Notes: generated by a model not told the origin, from the letters alone. Numbered from the stretch's first letter, positions 12,701-21,813 are shown. The stretch: 64,000 nucleotides of DNA from a virus (IMGVR_UViG_3300010167_000010:192001-256000); one strand, 5' to 3'. Numbers and translations: made by a program.

Positions 12701-15700
12701 ATCCAGTACAATATTATCCAACAGATGAACTATGTCCAATAGATATTATTGAAAATGATATTACTTTTATTTATAATGAAAAAGGTAAAATACCTAGATT
12801 CTTTGAAAATAATAGTGGTTATCATGAAAAATGGAGATCATCTCAAGAAGTAAAATTTGAATTAGGTTTAACTACTTCTGTTTATTTAACTCGACAAAAT
12901 TATTTAAGATACTTAGCAGATTATTTTTCAGTAATTTGTGGTGCACAAAGATACATTTATTATTTTGAGCCAGGTGGAATAAAAGATGTTAAATTAACTA
13001 ATGCTCAACTTATTATACAAAATATTTATGATGATATTATTTCATTCCCATTAAATAAAGCAACTTGTAGAGATGAAATTGAAAATTATAATAACTGGCA
13101 TATTAGTAATATGGCGCCAGAATATGTATTTAATTCTACAGAAACTTCTTTTGAAACTAGAACGGTAATGGTTGGAAATGATACATTTACTATTGATTCA
13201 TTCCCAGTTCAAAAACCTCGAAAAGCTTTTGAAATAATGGGTAAATACATAAATAATAATGTTCAAATATATGCCGGCTATGTAATGGCTAATGAAGATG
13301 TATTAAATGTTTATAATAAATTTGGGGCCCAGGGACCTAATCCAGATTGGTCACAATTAGAACATATTATTAGATTATTCCCAAATAGAATTAAATTAAA
13401 TGGTGAATTTAATAATCCAAGTACTTCATTTATAGTATTTGGAAAAAAATATCCAGCAATATTTTATAGTGATAATAATGGACAATCATTTAATCAAGTT
13501 AGAATACCAACAAATGCTATTACTAAAAGCTCACATGACTATGAAAATAATGCGTCAGCTGATCCCCCAGATATTTGGTGTGATTCAGTTTATAAAATTG
13601 GAAATAAAATAAATGTAATATATAAATCTCCTTCTTCATCTGCTAGTGCTAATATTTTAGGTTATACTACATTTACTATAAATGAACAGGAAACAAATTC
13701 TTTAATGGCTTTTGATGGGGAAAATTTTATTTATACAGCAACTGATTTAGAAAATATTACTATAAATAATTTAGCGAATTCTTGGAAAAACTTTAATATT
13801 AATTTCTTAAATGGTGTTTTAGTAGCAAGAGACCATGTATTTCCACATTATATTGCTAATCCTGGACATAGATTTTTATTAGAAGATCAGTATAATCTAA
13901 TGCCATTATCTGGAGAACAACGAATTATAGAAATTGGTGATGATTTTATCAGATACACTAATGCAGTTGATCCAGCTGATAATGAAGAAATATTAAGAGT
14001 ATTAGTATCAATAGACCAAACTGAACTTATAGAAAATCCAACAATCTATCTCGATTATAAAGAAGAATATTTAGATTCTAATGGTTATCTTTTAGTTAAT
14101 CATATTAAAGAAGTTGATGATCCTACACAAGCTAATAGATTATATTCTCCTCGTGAAGCTATGGTTTTAAGACACCCAAGTGATGCTGATTTAAGTAATG
14201 TTTATCAACGAGAAGTTTTACCAATAAGAGGTATTCCAGCTATTTCAGAAGATGCTGGGAGATCTATTTACAGATATCATGATCCAATTGTAGATTCAAA
14301 AGGTAATGAAATATATAAATATATTGAAGCAATAAACTTTAATAATCAAACAATTTATTTATGTCAAGCTAATGGGAATTATCTCGTATTCAGAGACTCT
14401 TCTTCTAATCATAATTATTTTACATTAGAAACATTAATAAAGGAAAATATAGATTATCAAACTTTAGTTCCTGCGCCTGTTTTAGTTCCAGGTTTTAAAG
14501 CTGAGGAACATGACATATTTGGTGATTTATTAAATGATTTAGATAATAAACAAATTCAATTTTTAGATTTTGATGGTTCTAATCCAAAATTATTTATTAG
14601 TTTACCAGATATTAAAACAGTAATAGATTATCTTGTTAGTGAAGAAGATGACGAAAAACGATTATTATATAAATGGGCTTATAATTCAGACCCATCTTGG
14701 GTAGGAACACCTGTCGGTTATGTATTAGATATAAATAAAGTAGATGACGAAGGTAGAACACAATCATTTATATTAAATCCATTTAGAATTGGTGAAGATT
14801 TTATTAGAGCTGTAGATTCTGTAGAACAATTTGAAGGACCTTTTGGACCAATTTATGGTAAAAGATTATCTTCAAGATTTGCTCCATTTAGATGGAAAGA
14901 TGAATATTATGTTTACGATTTAGTAACTTCAACATTATTATTAAAAGAAAATAATAATTTCTATATGAATATTTCTATGCCATATCAATTTGCAAACGGA
15001 CAAATATCTTATGATAATATAACTTTTGAATGGGCTAATCATAAACGAAGAAGTGATGATACTGAATTCGAATATATAGAACCAATCGAAGATTTACAAC
15101 AATTTAACGGTATTTATATAAAACCTCGTGGTTATGGTGGGTCAATGCATAATGAAAACTTTATTTATGAAAGACCAGAACTTATAGATTATAGAGCATT
15201 TGAAAGAAAACTTGTAGAAAATAAATTTGAAGAATATATTTATTTAAATGATAGAAATGGAAATAAATATAATTCTAAAAATGGATTATTCTGGTTATCA
15301 ACTAATAACGATGTTAAAATAAATTATAATAATCTTATCAATAAAGTAAATAAAGTTAAATTTTATCCAGATGCAATTGGTTATGAAGGTAATGAAACCC
15401 ATCCAGATGGATTATATACTGAATATAATGTTTTCAAATTAGAGCAAGCACCAATAGAAGTATATACACCAAAAAATACTATTTGGTTTAATTCACCAAC
15501 TATTAGACAACCCGTAACAACGCAATCAGATTCTGGCCCAGAAATTTTACATTCTTCTGGAAGACATCAAATATTATTAACTTTATTTAGAATAATAAAA
15601 GCTGGTTTAACTGTAAACGAATCCTTAATTTCTGAATACGAAATTGAAATAAGAGATTATAGAAATAGACCAATTAGATTACCAGAAGGAACTTCTATTA

Positions 15701-17724
15701 TTTACGAAAATGGTAGATTATTATTTTTATATGATGATACGTTTATATATTCAGAAGAAAATCTTCCAGTATTTGACCACGATTTAATTAGAGTATTTAT
15801 TAAAGATGAGAATGGTCAAACATTTAATTATGATTTAAATGTTGCTCCAAAAGAAGAAACAGAAATTGGAAAAATATTAAATATAAATAGAATAGAGTTC
15901 GATAAAGAAGAATTATATCACTTAAATACTATTACAATAAATTTTGATGGTAGATCATTAAAATTTAGAGATAATAATGAACCTTCTTATTTTATATCTA
16001 TAGATTATACAACTAGAGAATTTATTAGATGGGAAAATAATGCTAATCAATTATTAGATTTTGAAGTTCAACTTATTGCAATAGATTATGAACAAGCAAC
16101 TAGATTTATGACTATAAATTCTCATTACGAATTTAAATTAGATGTTAGAAACTTTCATCTAGAATTATTACTAAATAGATCTTGGGCAACTACTATTAGT
16201 AACTTAAATGAAGTTCAATGTAGAATATATTCTAAAGATCAGCTTGTTTATAACCCAAATAGTACTACAAATTATTTAACAGGTCAATTACATTTTGAAT
16301 TTGATAGACAAAGAATTAGATTTGTATCTAATTATGTTAACTTAATAGAAAGTATTAAAGTTATAAATGAAATATTTGTAGATAATATAAATTTAGAAAA
16401 ATGGGTATATGTTGTAGATCAAAACGGCGAATATGAATTTAAACATACATCATTAATTATTGTTGATGGTCTTTATGGAAATATTTTATTAAATAAACCA
16501 GCATATAGAAACTTTAGAGATTTAGTAGACAAGTTAGATAATATAATTGAATATAAAGAAAGAAGAATTATTGAAACTTTTAATGGAAGAGTATTTAATG
16601 AAATTGTAAGTATTGCACCTAATTTTTCTAATATGAAATTAGGTAATTTAATAAATTACGATAAAGTAGATTTAAATACTGGTGATATTTTCTTTATTAA
16701 AATGAAATTACTCCCATTAAACACAATATATCCTCAATTAAAAACTTTAAATCATCCTGATTATATTTATCCAGTAAGTACGGTTGAAGCTAGACTTTAT
16801 GGTTTTGATAGAATATTTATTAATGAAAATTCATACGTTCCACCACCAATTACTATAAATAATATAATGTATAATTCTGAATCTTTACCATTATATTATA
16901 CAAATAATTGGCTTAACAAAGATGGTTTTATGATTTATTTAGCTGATAATGAAGGAAGATTTACTAGACCAACTGTTAGAAATAGAAGAGTAGAGTTTGA
17001 TGTATTAGGAAATGAATTAGGTGATTGTAGGGCTGATATTTATGGTAATATAGATCCTAGATTTAATCCATTAGAACCATTATATAAATCTTCAATAGAT
17101 TGGTTCAAATCAGAATTCTATATTGAAGGAAAAGAAATTAATCCATTTATTGTAAATATAAATATAAAAGATGTTTATGATGAAAAATTAAAAGACTTTG
17201 TACCTTCTGTAAATTTAACATCTCCAACAAAATTTGGTAATGATTTTATTCAACAAGAAGTAAGTAAATCTTATTTAACTAAAGTTGATAATTCTTTATT
17301 ATATCGTTATTGTAGAATAGAAGACGATTTAATTCAAAATTCTAAATTAGATATTATAGAACACAATAATGGTTTAATAAATTTAATTGTACAAGGTCCT
17401 TATGATACTTATCAATTTGAACAACATAAGTTTTTGTTTGGAATAAAATATTTTAATACGTTCTCAAGTATTGGTCCTTATAGATCAATATGGACTTCAA
17501 CTGTAGAACTTGAAAATAAAATAGATTTATCTTTTTATCTAAATACTAGAGAAAATATATTAGATAAGAATAATAGAGATTTTGGTGTTGTAGATATTAC
17601 TGAAATGGGATTATTTAATCAACGTGGTGAATTAGTTGCTTATATGACACACCCAATTGCTCAGTATCGCTCAGATACGCAGCATATTAGTTATAACTTA
17701 ATTGTAGAAGAAGTAGGTGCATAA
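3709..17724 (+). CDS. Giant (4671 aa) baseplate wedge / tail-associated structural protein
   Basis: C-terminal ITEMGLFNQRGELVAY resembles the (I)TE/REVGLF...G.LIA motif of baseplate and tail-collar proteins; Asp-box-like YSDNNGQSF; coiled-coil stretches; late-type motif upstream. Confidence 0.7.
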   Translation: MELFTPNSKYYQKVLDSYTSSDEFIANKRVHFNNEIPPIDLYDMVHSMMRNDLWKWFLGSSYLSYDINYNEATNGSEIFDKEGMIMEASISKLMNGIRSQDYGPIPYYSHTKNGTSLINPEYHRLEINGVFLPEVDFMLHEGYRYLNVLYPDHPDFINILTTNEINDEITQAAALVHYNPNCIFFDWLATELNFELDDLDLPRAGREEATKLKIRNLKNNAFRRKLYGAKSGYWQFGSEIFQHITIHPVAEYLPFKPVIREMFARSFHVPSRHIKWFSKIYKKPDEFVDRSINKFNLLYKKLFRLIDWNNVSYDYLNEYVPPEKIWGTAYPTPYSLYDVYEYPAERNAYMSLSIQNDFYVGQKITINGNPAFINGMWSEDSYRVKVRLVYENDELVDQRSSCIQQTLHESLTKIHLDSPAYPIYIPFQVYRGTEYTLNKILEIKNEIRQENKVIKEKNKEIDNEEEHYPLLERLDLTDYENALLSTSNPLTRSIKELYKLLPDHTICNFALNPYQDGNLYLPASQFLTLYPEWLNITTNRDDIHNPYLVYGATPMSEDGFVKKEDLIINDLIYNTYVSEIVGIEPGLIKMRVEKAERLTKTQTDIIDEINNLENAKFGIIIQFDIGNDLVRNKKVVLFGKPKFDYIALEGRDDGLFQITYITFNIVAIPKIKSHNLLKALYRDYENQALHKFKNLEILFGEEDGEASEIFKKNHRKYKNITDNFENLNFIREDYQTKFKNFNDNILRLNNRFKSEIFRNVEVSDGPIRSLQTNLRSLLSSFINVSNEYITSNIGNLENVSYFCERIRVLIQNFTFNDAITNDMALLYEDLAKLDIEIKNLEKENETLGDLNQIIANAYENRKIIEQIIEKREIIILFLQEKIKLDNNFVSFISVIDSLNYNDNIFNFIEECKKQVTIIETFINEFESNFLFEQPQLFNYYNGLITLLKDKISSYDNHIIYLNETFSNIKDLITIIIDNYYLSENKQNLLKLYLEKFVKNVNDNDLLFKNVLFIEAYNNLLSIIEEYNSYYLPWLFCEIAIDLDRDYYLNLDSNRLSNEKRIALNNINRIDLILDEYLPNRGFLLNPLPSDIYMRTTDDELSSYSLLNHQDRFIGTLSISLDKFNEFLEYKIEELYGTEGVIEDYTFGSLNTASIVNNNLDIIKPSGDFFESIDTSDNSNILELSNYIKKYELEKYHYLTLNKDIIKIVDRTNNRRFSFAVAGFLELFLPYEKRNNFRGEAFVHNRIEIRGITTAGSKIIDFIDDESRFRMAALSTGDEVIGPTIENDIFIEAINNVRHFITVSEPLNVTGDFVLTFLTKMNLHAKDISKNFFRYRRELSRNELIDTGSILDHYAYGAEGSKYPFISSGFVNSVVDTSKYKEITLKHLREQSVYRRFFEQHVWDLHNFGEDSMTHYTIPSVINSSGDLFLEVGAYKTYKELNRDKQNYLTDGNGTFKFTKDREYIMKKEILDYFQDYLLELSRASDKINIGVNINAFTHSNGTISQIPDAKYSDPNIDLRFFTYGWTDQTMPYYVDIGIGKLDEFSRTGPVDAQAKTYEPRSFWNHDVYDNTYLTKYKDLKYQSEKGALSYQELKEQGIDLRKADRSLWGKKTFEINNEADVDPIYSIHRPIMRVYLGEYEVQKSITFDNHLTRRYTTVQFSVIKQVFKNLVKMNEEKLKIVNKKFFELNIFRNISLNNLRTVDENGDDLHVIVEGQYLNFKYEGVWVPRAQFYENRNQYYIQYPPPPTDANNIYYYSIAERIQLVAVIDDQNYGENSDIYETTERTFETGTIIVYEDEKWVVKDFIFSGVYGDQVALENIMVKPEGEEARAIIANAYPVSNNDGFFTNPKITTNNDGIEVSTIVEELTLKHRLLLKLLINLGLFTGSIARTQCYSVKELLSIYNTIFTHKEDLEIITEKLKEEILLRVREELELEAPDLTEEEFEEEIIKRFEIEIAKEEFDLEIQRRFREKVLGTDYNINDTQIVMFPRSFSNEFTNVISKNNVYWFNYAFGFDLLHDCLITPGQNIALIYLENDFKIILLNENKFTFLIDSARKIRINEYEYFFFIGKYGYTSYQSGNNLITKDIFLFEKIEKYTNVIDLKYKNLLKGSVDIKVAVIPHFTVEGYPYDENNELKYDENNNLVEDIYDITQDNIYYDNFNDKLYSFNTIHNERIKFAIKQEDNLYFKNLLFIYGQYQKLGATVGGQFVNQGVITPITGIRFDADTASLFDRILELEQINIRSQFNVNLESTLFSSYCNIEGIMKGIYIKDRNAIDDTDVYISVNYRDDREPIITSNKLRFSTEIQKLMPVRTYNNVTQNFPESIIDFADAKWPDEQKIYPPIIQWVDVTKSISTDTDSMAFKYFKNMLVLEGEINIYQPNTINFGKNTKLADSLNNVKISDVINSIVGISNVNTTSYNNYTLTNSSFNIKFIDFNKNIMIFVADNAIGLKYVKSLQGLEKEVELDVQFAVPNFTTGTTVDSLTWDENIDKWVISVSNPNGTSEMYSITVSSENNLTITHSDYFIEEIYNEKGIDINTYQFVTIKDKDFGDNRWDNHKTVLARDVSFISVPIRDVQKETFFAPENFSTSSNLQLSNSLGNPLGWPGLRISGNSGVIQSRTRINVPANDYKVLSFSVKKLEGTAGALMSANSISIGIQTPSFNTPADIDQIWVYDKVIQRWVVTDNTQDFYNFISNYNSTEIANVVTYLVGHEFGRYYDVTNRDSIFGGQFLWRLPRPDVNENIIVAAVVCRQNITNVTLEITVNNDGTTGIGQFDILNMFVSTKKEVITHNRTITKQIFGGFPQEGISEENFPGTITEAAPFFIGERPANDIYNDNIYEEGPYNPLIRSDDTSIEYLYEKFRARRWVDYNIFDNQVIIIGSTIFFYTPTNYYSPIANGEEHLNLDLITSEGRDVLVPTGVTEENHWKRAELPSVFNGTYQLFNEMTLDEAYTLVNDQRDITLAQITAIANAAREGMDADSQNAISIVYKAISDWITAHPVQYYPTDELCPIDIIENDITFIYNEKGKIPRFFENNSGYHEKWRSSQEVKFELGLTTSVYLTRQNYLRYLADYFSVICGAQRYIYYFEPGGIKDVKLTNAQLIIQNIYDDIISFPLNKATCRDEIENYNNWHISNMAPEYVFNSTETSFETRTVMVGNDTFTIDSFPVQKPRKAFEIMGKYINNNVQIYAGYVMANEDVLNVYNKFGAQGPNPDWSQLEHIIRLFPNRIKLNGEFNNPSTSFIVFGKKYPAIFYSDNNGQSFNQVRIPTNAITKSSHDYENNASADPPDIWCDSVYKIGNKINVIYKSPSSSASANILGYTTFTINEQETNSLMAFDGENFIYTATDLENITINNLANSWKNFNINFLNGVLVARDHVFPHYIANPGHRFLLEDQYNLMPLSGEQRIIEIGDDFIRYTNAVDPADNEEILRVLVSIDQTELIENPTIYLDYKEEYLDSNGYLLVNHIKEVDDPTQANRLYSPREAMVLRHPSDADLSNVYQREVLPIRGIPAISEDAGRSIYRYHDPIVDSKGNEIYKYIEAINFNNQTIYLCQANGNYLVFRDSSSNHNYFTLETLIKENIDYQTLVPAPVLVPGFKAEEHDIFGDLLNDLDNKQIQFLDFDGSNPKLFISLPDIKTVIDYLVSEEDDEKRLLYKWAYNSDPSWVGTPVGYVLDINKVDDEGRTQSFILNPFRIGEDFIRAVDSVEQFEGPFGPIYGKRLSSRFAPFRWKDEYYVYDLVTSTLLLKENNNFYMNISMPYQFANGQISYDNITFEWANHKRRSDDTEFEYIEPIEDLQQFNGIYIKPRGYGGSMHNENFIYERPELIDYRAFERKLVENKFEEYIYLNDRNGNKYNSKNGLFWLSTNNDVKINYNNLINKVNKVKFYPDAIGYEGNETHPDGLYTEYNVFKLEQAPIEVYTPKNTIWFNSPTIRQPVTTQSDSGPEILHSSGRHQILLTLFRIIKAGLTVNESLISEYEIEIRDYRNRPIRLPEGTSIIYENGRLLFLYDDTFIYSEENLPVFDHDLIRVFIKDENGQTFNYDLNVAPKEETEIGKILNINRIEFDKEELYHLNTITINFDGRSLKFRDNNEPSYFISIDYTTREFIRWENNANQLLDFEVQLIAIDYEQATRFMTINSHYEFKLDVRNFHLELLLNRSWATTISNLNEVQCRIYSKDQLVYNPNSTTNYLTGQLHFEFDRQRIRFVSNYVNLIESIKVINEIFVDNINLEKWVYVVDQNGEYEFKHTSLIIVDGLYGNILLNKPAYRNFRDLVDKLDNIIEYKERRIIETFNGRVFNEIVSIAPNFSNMKLGNLINYDKVDLNTGDIFFIKMKLLPLNTIYPQLKTLNHPDYIYPVSTVEARLYGFDRIFINENSYVPPPITINNIMYNSESLPLYYTNNWLNKDGFMIYLADNEGRFTRPTVRNRRVEFDVLGNELGDCRADIYGNIDPRFNPLEPLYKSSIDWFKSEFYIEGKEINPFIVNINIKDVYDEKLKDFVPSVNLTSPTKFGNDFIQQEVSKSYLTKVDNSLLYRYCRIEDDLIQNSKLDIIEHNNGLINLIVQGPYDTYQFEQHKFLFGIKYFNTFSSIGPYRSIWTSTVELENKIDLSFYLNTRENILDKNNRDFGVVDITEMGLFNQRGELVAYMTHPIAQYRSDTQHISYNLIVEEVGA

Positions 17725-19085
17725 TGGAAAAAAATATTGGACAAGAAATAGCAATTAAAAGTTATTATCAATCAGTTCGTGATGCTAATATTATTGACAC
17801 TAATCTTTGTTGTAAGTTTGGTATGGAATTTTTCTTATCACAACTTTTATTTAAAGGCGATTTATCTAAAGTAGTTTATTCTAAAGAAGATATTGCTTTT
17901 AGAAGAAGAGTAGAGACTTTAGGAAGAGGTGATATTAAAAATGATACTTATAATTATATAAATCTAGATTTACCTTATGCTTGCTATTCTCAAGAAGGTC
18001 CTTATGAAGAAGATGATAGGGGCTCAACTCAAAATGCTGGTCAAATAGTTTTGGGACAAATACAACCTGATAGTGGGATAATTCTTAAAGCAGCTGCCGT
18101 TAAAACTACATATAATATGACAGCATTTTTTGCTAGAAGAGATGATGTAAATATTGCTAGTCAATTATTATATTGGGAAAAAACACCAAAATTTCCAGTT
18201 TATTTTATAGTACAACACGTATTATGTGGCTATCCTATTGATATTCCAGTTTTTATAACTTTGGAATCCATAGATAGTAATGTAAATTATGCTGAAAAAG
18301 AATGGTTAGAAAAATCTAAAATATTTCCAGTTAAATGTGAATTTACTATTAGGTCTTATCAAACTTTAATAGAAAGTATTGATGATGGAATAAAATTGCC
18401 AATGAGATTTAGCGGCCTTTATGGTTATAATGATCAAAAAATTGTTTATACTCAAAAAACATCTTTAATTTGGGCTGATAGTAAATGGACGCCTAATGAA
18501 TTTAATAAATTTATGTCTAGAAAACCTCAAGTTGATAGTATGGGTAATGTTATTCATTTACCACAAGATTTTGATCCATATTATAAAGAAACATGGGATG
18601 ATAGTGTTGAGAGTACTTTTAGTCTCGAATTAAAAAATAATGGACAATTTTTTGAGAGTCCAATTTTAGTTGAAGAAGATAATGAAATTAATGTTGTAGT
18701 TGCTGATGCTGTAGCTGGTTATTTTCAAGAAGAAAGAGATTGTGTTTTAGATGAATATCATCAATGTGACGATAAAACTACTGAAACTTCATTATTTATA
18801 GAATGGAAAATAAAAGAAGCTGATTTAATTCATTTTGATAATATTTCTCTTTATATTCCAGGTATATTAAGAACTCAAATAAATGATATTCATATAAATA
18901 CATTTGAGCTCACTAACTTATATCCAGGGTCTGAATACGATTGTACTTTAGTTGTAACATCTAAAAATTTTACAAAATTAACTTATAAACTAACTTTAAA
19001 GACTAAAGGTGAACCAGTATTAGGTAAAAAATTAAGTGATAACTTAGTTGGCCGCACTTTTAGTAATCAAGTTTTGGATAACTAA
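17724..19085 (+). CDS. Putative tail completion/terminator-like structural protein with C-terminal fibronectin type III domain
   Basis: FN3-like TSLFIEW...FELTNLYPGSEYDCTLVV. Coupled to the giant gene (TAATG). The N-terminal assignment is tentative. Confidence 0.5.
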   Translation: MEKNIGQEIAIKSYYQSVRDANIIDTNLCCKFGMEFFLSQLLFKGDLSKVVYSKEDIAFRRRVETLGRGDIKNDTYNYINLDLPYACYSQEGPYEEDDRGSTQNAGQIVLGQIQPDSGIILKAAAVKTTYNMTAFFARRDDVNIASQLLYWEKTPKFPVYFIVQHVLCGYPIDIPVFITLESIDSNVNYAEKEWLEKSKIFPVKCEFTIRSYQTLIESIDDGIKLPMRFSGLYGYNDQKIVYTQKTSLIWADSKWTPNEFNKFMSRKPQVDSMGNVIHLPQDFDPYYKETWDDSVESTFSLELKNNGQFFESPILVEEDNEINVVVADAVAGYFQEERDCVLDEYHQCDDKTTETSLFIEWKIKEADLIHFDNISLYIPGILRTQINDIHINTFELTNLYPGSEYDCTLVVTSKNFTKLTYKLTLKTKGEPVLGKKLSDNLVGRTFSNQVLDN

Positions 19086-19091
19086 ATAATT

Positions 19092-19643
19092 ATGGCAGAT
19101 AAAAACGAAGAAGAACAAAAACCTTTTAATCCTCATCCAATAGATGATAATAATCAACCAAAACTCACAGACGAGCAGTTAACCCCAGTAAGAGATGGGG
19201 CCGTACCACAAAATGCAGAAGGAATTGCTTCTGGTCAATTTGATGCTTTAGATCCAGTTGGGAATGCTGAAATAAAATTTAACCAGGGTAATTATCAAAC
19301 TATAATGGGATTACCAAAAGTAGCTGCGGATAAAGTAGCTCAATTAGTTCAAACTTTAGTTCCTCTTTTAGAAATATCTATGATAGAATTATTAGGTGCT
19401 AATAATTTATATCAAAGAGCATTAGGTCAATGTATGCCATCATTCGATAGTCAAGGGAAAATGGGAATAGAGTTTACTTTTCAATATATAGTAGAACAGT
19501 GGATAGGTCAAGATATAGATCAGCAAGCTATTCAACATGATGCTAATTATGTATTAGAAAGAATTAAACCTGTCAAAGCTAATATCACAAAATGTGAAAT
19601 TAATGTCGGAGAAGGAACCCTTATCGTTATGGGCTCGATATAG
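19092..19643 (+). CDS. Hypothetical protein, probably late/structural
   Basis: 183-aa ORF; ACTAAATA 3 nt upstream; immediately upstream of the capsid gene. Confidence 0.65.
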   Translation: MADKNEEEQKPFNPHPIDDNNQPKLTDEQLTPVRDGAVPQNAEGIASGQFDALDPVGNAEIKFNQGNYQTIMGLPKVAADKVAQLVQTLVPLLEISMIELLGANNLYQRALGQCMPSFDSQGKMGIEFTFQYIVEQWIGQDIDQQAIQHDANYVLERIKPVKANITKCEINVGEGTLIVMGSI

Positions 19644-19678
19644 AAAATAATAAAAGTGTAGTCATTTAAAATAAAATA

Positions 19679-19686
19679 ACTAAATA
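19679..19686 (+). promoter_or_regulatory. Putative late promoter (ACTAAATA) for major capsid gene
   Basis: Same motif precedes many structural genes; resembles the T4 late TATAAATA. Confidence 0.55.
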
Positions 19687-19836
19687 ATCATAAAGGTAAG
19701 AAAGAAGTTATACTAATATGCAAATTTTTAAGTTTAATATGCTTATAATGATTTTTAATATGATCGCAATAAAGTTCAAAAACTAATTTCTTCTAAATAA
19801 TTTCGAGAACAAAAACATTTTTATAGGAGAAAAACG

Positions 19837-21798
19837 ATGTCTTTAAAAGAAAGAATTGCACAAAAAGAAACAGACAATAGACTCCGCGAAAGTGCAGCAA
19901 TGCAACTTTACAAGGAAGATAAAAAGTTTCGTGCAGATAGATTAGTTGAAGCATGGTCAAGAATTCCAGAAATTGGAGCAGGCCTCAAGCAAATGCCAAT
20001 TTCTGATGCCAGAAACGTAGCTATCAACTTAGATAGACAAACTGCTTTCATGCAGGGTCTTCGTGAGTCACAACTCGCAACAGCGCTTAATGATTTCACA
20101 CCAGAAAATATGTTAAGACTTGTTAGATTAGCAATGCCTAACATAATTAGAAATAAAGTTTTCACAGAGTTCGCTCTTGAAACAACAAAAGATAGTATTA
20201 AATACATCAGACCATTCTTCAGCAAAACTGCAAGTGGACATCCACAATTAGACAGATCAGCTGATTATGATGGTTTCAATGACAGAGACGCTGCTGGTCA
20301 ACCACAAGATTATGATCCATGGGGATACAGCCTCGGTGGTGAATTTAATGGTGACGATTTTAGAAAAGCTCTTTATGAAGATACAAGAGACAGACATAAC
20401 ATGGAACTTGCAAATGCTATCGTAGTAAATGCCGATGGTCTTACAGGTCCTGCACCAGCTCTTGGTGACGATACAATTGAATATGGTCTTATTTTCAAGA
20501 GAGTTACATCAGCTGATATTTCTGGCATTTCTGACGAAACAGCTTTCCAATCAGGAAAGTGGGGCGTTGACGGTGCATTATTCATGGATGGATATACAAA
20601 CTTATACGGCTTTAATCCTGGCGATAAACCAGAAAGAGCAGAACAACAAGTAATTGCTGTTCAAGATAAGGGAAGCGGACAATTCTTTGCAGCACCTGGA
20701 TTTAAGGTAACAATTCTTAAATCAGCACAAGTAAGAGATAAGTTCTTAGTAGCACCTCCAAAAATTGGTCCAGGTAATAGCGCACATTGGGATGATCCAG
20801 TTGGAACTAGAGATATGACTATCCCTGGAGTTACTCCACCTGTAGCAAGTGCAAATTTAGCACCTGTTCTTGCATCAACTGGTACATTTATTATTAAAAT
20901 TGAAATTGAAGGCCAAACACCATCATGGTTCGAAGCTGGTAAAACTCAATTAAGAGCTTTCGGTAGATTTAATTCAGAAAGCGATTTCGAAGGAAATTAC
21001 TTAGGTGAAGTAGAACTCAGAATGGATGAATATATGTTTAGACCAAGTCCTACAACAATCGGTGTTTCTTGGAGTCAATTAACTGAAATCACATTAGATA
21101 CAAGCTTTAACATCAGTGCAGAAGAATATCTTGTTAGCTATGCTTCACAAGAAATCAGAAGTGCTCTTGACTATCGTGCAATTAGATTAGCATACGCAGT
21201 AGCAAAGACAAATGCAAAACATAATCCTAATTACTACTATGTATTCGATGCTGCATATAACACAACAAATGCTGGCGAAGGAGTACCTCCAACAAATCCA
21301 GTAACTAATGGAACAAAAGATGGTTATAGAGACAATGCTCAAACATTCGTTAATGCTATTGATGCTATCGGCGATATTATCTACGATGAACTCAATAGAG
21401 GAGGCGTAAGCAGACTCGTAGCTGGTCCATCAGCTTGTTCATACATGCACTTAAATGCAGGTTATAGTCCAAAAGGTAAACAAAATCAAACTGGTTCACA
21501 CCAATTTGGTGAACTCGACGGAATTCCACTTTTCAAAGTACCAAGTAATATTATTCCAACAAATGAATTACTTTGTGTATGGAAAAACGACCAAGTAGAA
21601 AATGACGTAAGTATCGCTTTCGGTACTCTCATACCATTCTTCTCAACAGGTATTATCCAAAGAAAGAACTTCTACAAAGAAGCAGGAATTGCAACTTATG
21701 GTGACTGGGCAGTCCTTAACAGAAGATATCTTGCTATTATTGCAATTGATAATCTTAAGGATCACAATCAAAGAGCAGGTAATAGAGCTCGTCCATAA
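19837..21798 (+). CDS. Major capsid protein, T4 gp23-like, with large insertion
   Basis: LVRLAMPNII, VELRM...IGVSWS...AEEYLVSYASQEIRSALD, GIATYG; AGGAG Shine-Dalgarno (SD); strong terminator downstream; N-terminal LRE putative maturation sites. Confidence 0.88.
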   Translation: MSLKERIAQKETDNRLRESAAMQLYKEDKKFRADRLVEAWSRIPEIGAGLKQMPISDARNVAINLDRQTAFMQGLRESQLATALNDFTPENMLRLVRLAMPNIIRNKVFTEFALETTKDSIKYIRPFFSKTASGHPQLDRSADYDGFNDRDAAGQPQDYDPWGYSLGGEFNGDDFRKALYEDTRDRHNMELANAIVVNADGLTGPAPALGDDTIEYGLIFKRVTSADISGISDETAFQSGKWGVDGALFMDGYTNLYGFNPGDKPERAEQQVIAVQDKGSGQFFAAPGFKVTILKSAQVRDKFLVAPPKIGPGNSAHWDDPVGTRDMTIPGVTPPVASANLAPVLASTGTFIIKIEIEGQTPSWFEAGKTQLRAFGRFNSESDFEGNYLGEVELRMDEYMFRPSPTTIGVSWSQLTEITLDTSFNISAEEYLVSYASQEIRSALDYRAIRLAYAVAKTNAKHNPNYYYVFDAAYNTTNAGEGVPPTNPVTNGTKDGYRDNAQTFVNAIDAIGDIIYDELNRGGVSRLVAGPSACSYMHLNAGYSPKGKQNQTGSHQFGELDGIPLFKVPSNIIPTNELLCVWKNDQVENDVSIAFGTLIPFFSTGIIQRKNFYKEAGIATYGDWAVLNRRYLAIIAIDNLKDHNQRAGNRARP

Positions 21799-21813
21799 TC
21801 TTAGATTAAATAT

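Noticed and set aside
19908-20653. Short ORFs overlapping the capsid gene, and similar ones at 530, 3368, 8384, 25001, 25696, 26706, 27691, 30000, 30511, 30768, 31697, 33939, 36388, 40363-41695, 61775 and 62399
   Set aside because: Antisense or off-frame shadows of well-supported genes, with no SD or recognisable motif
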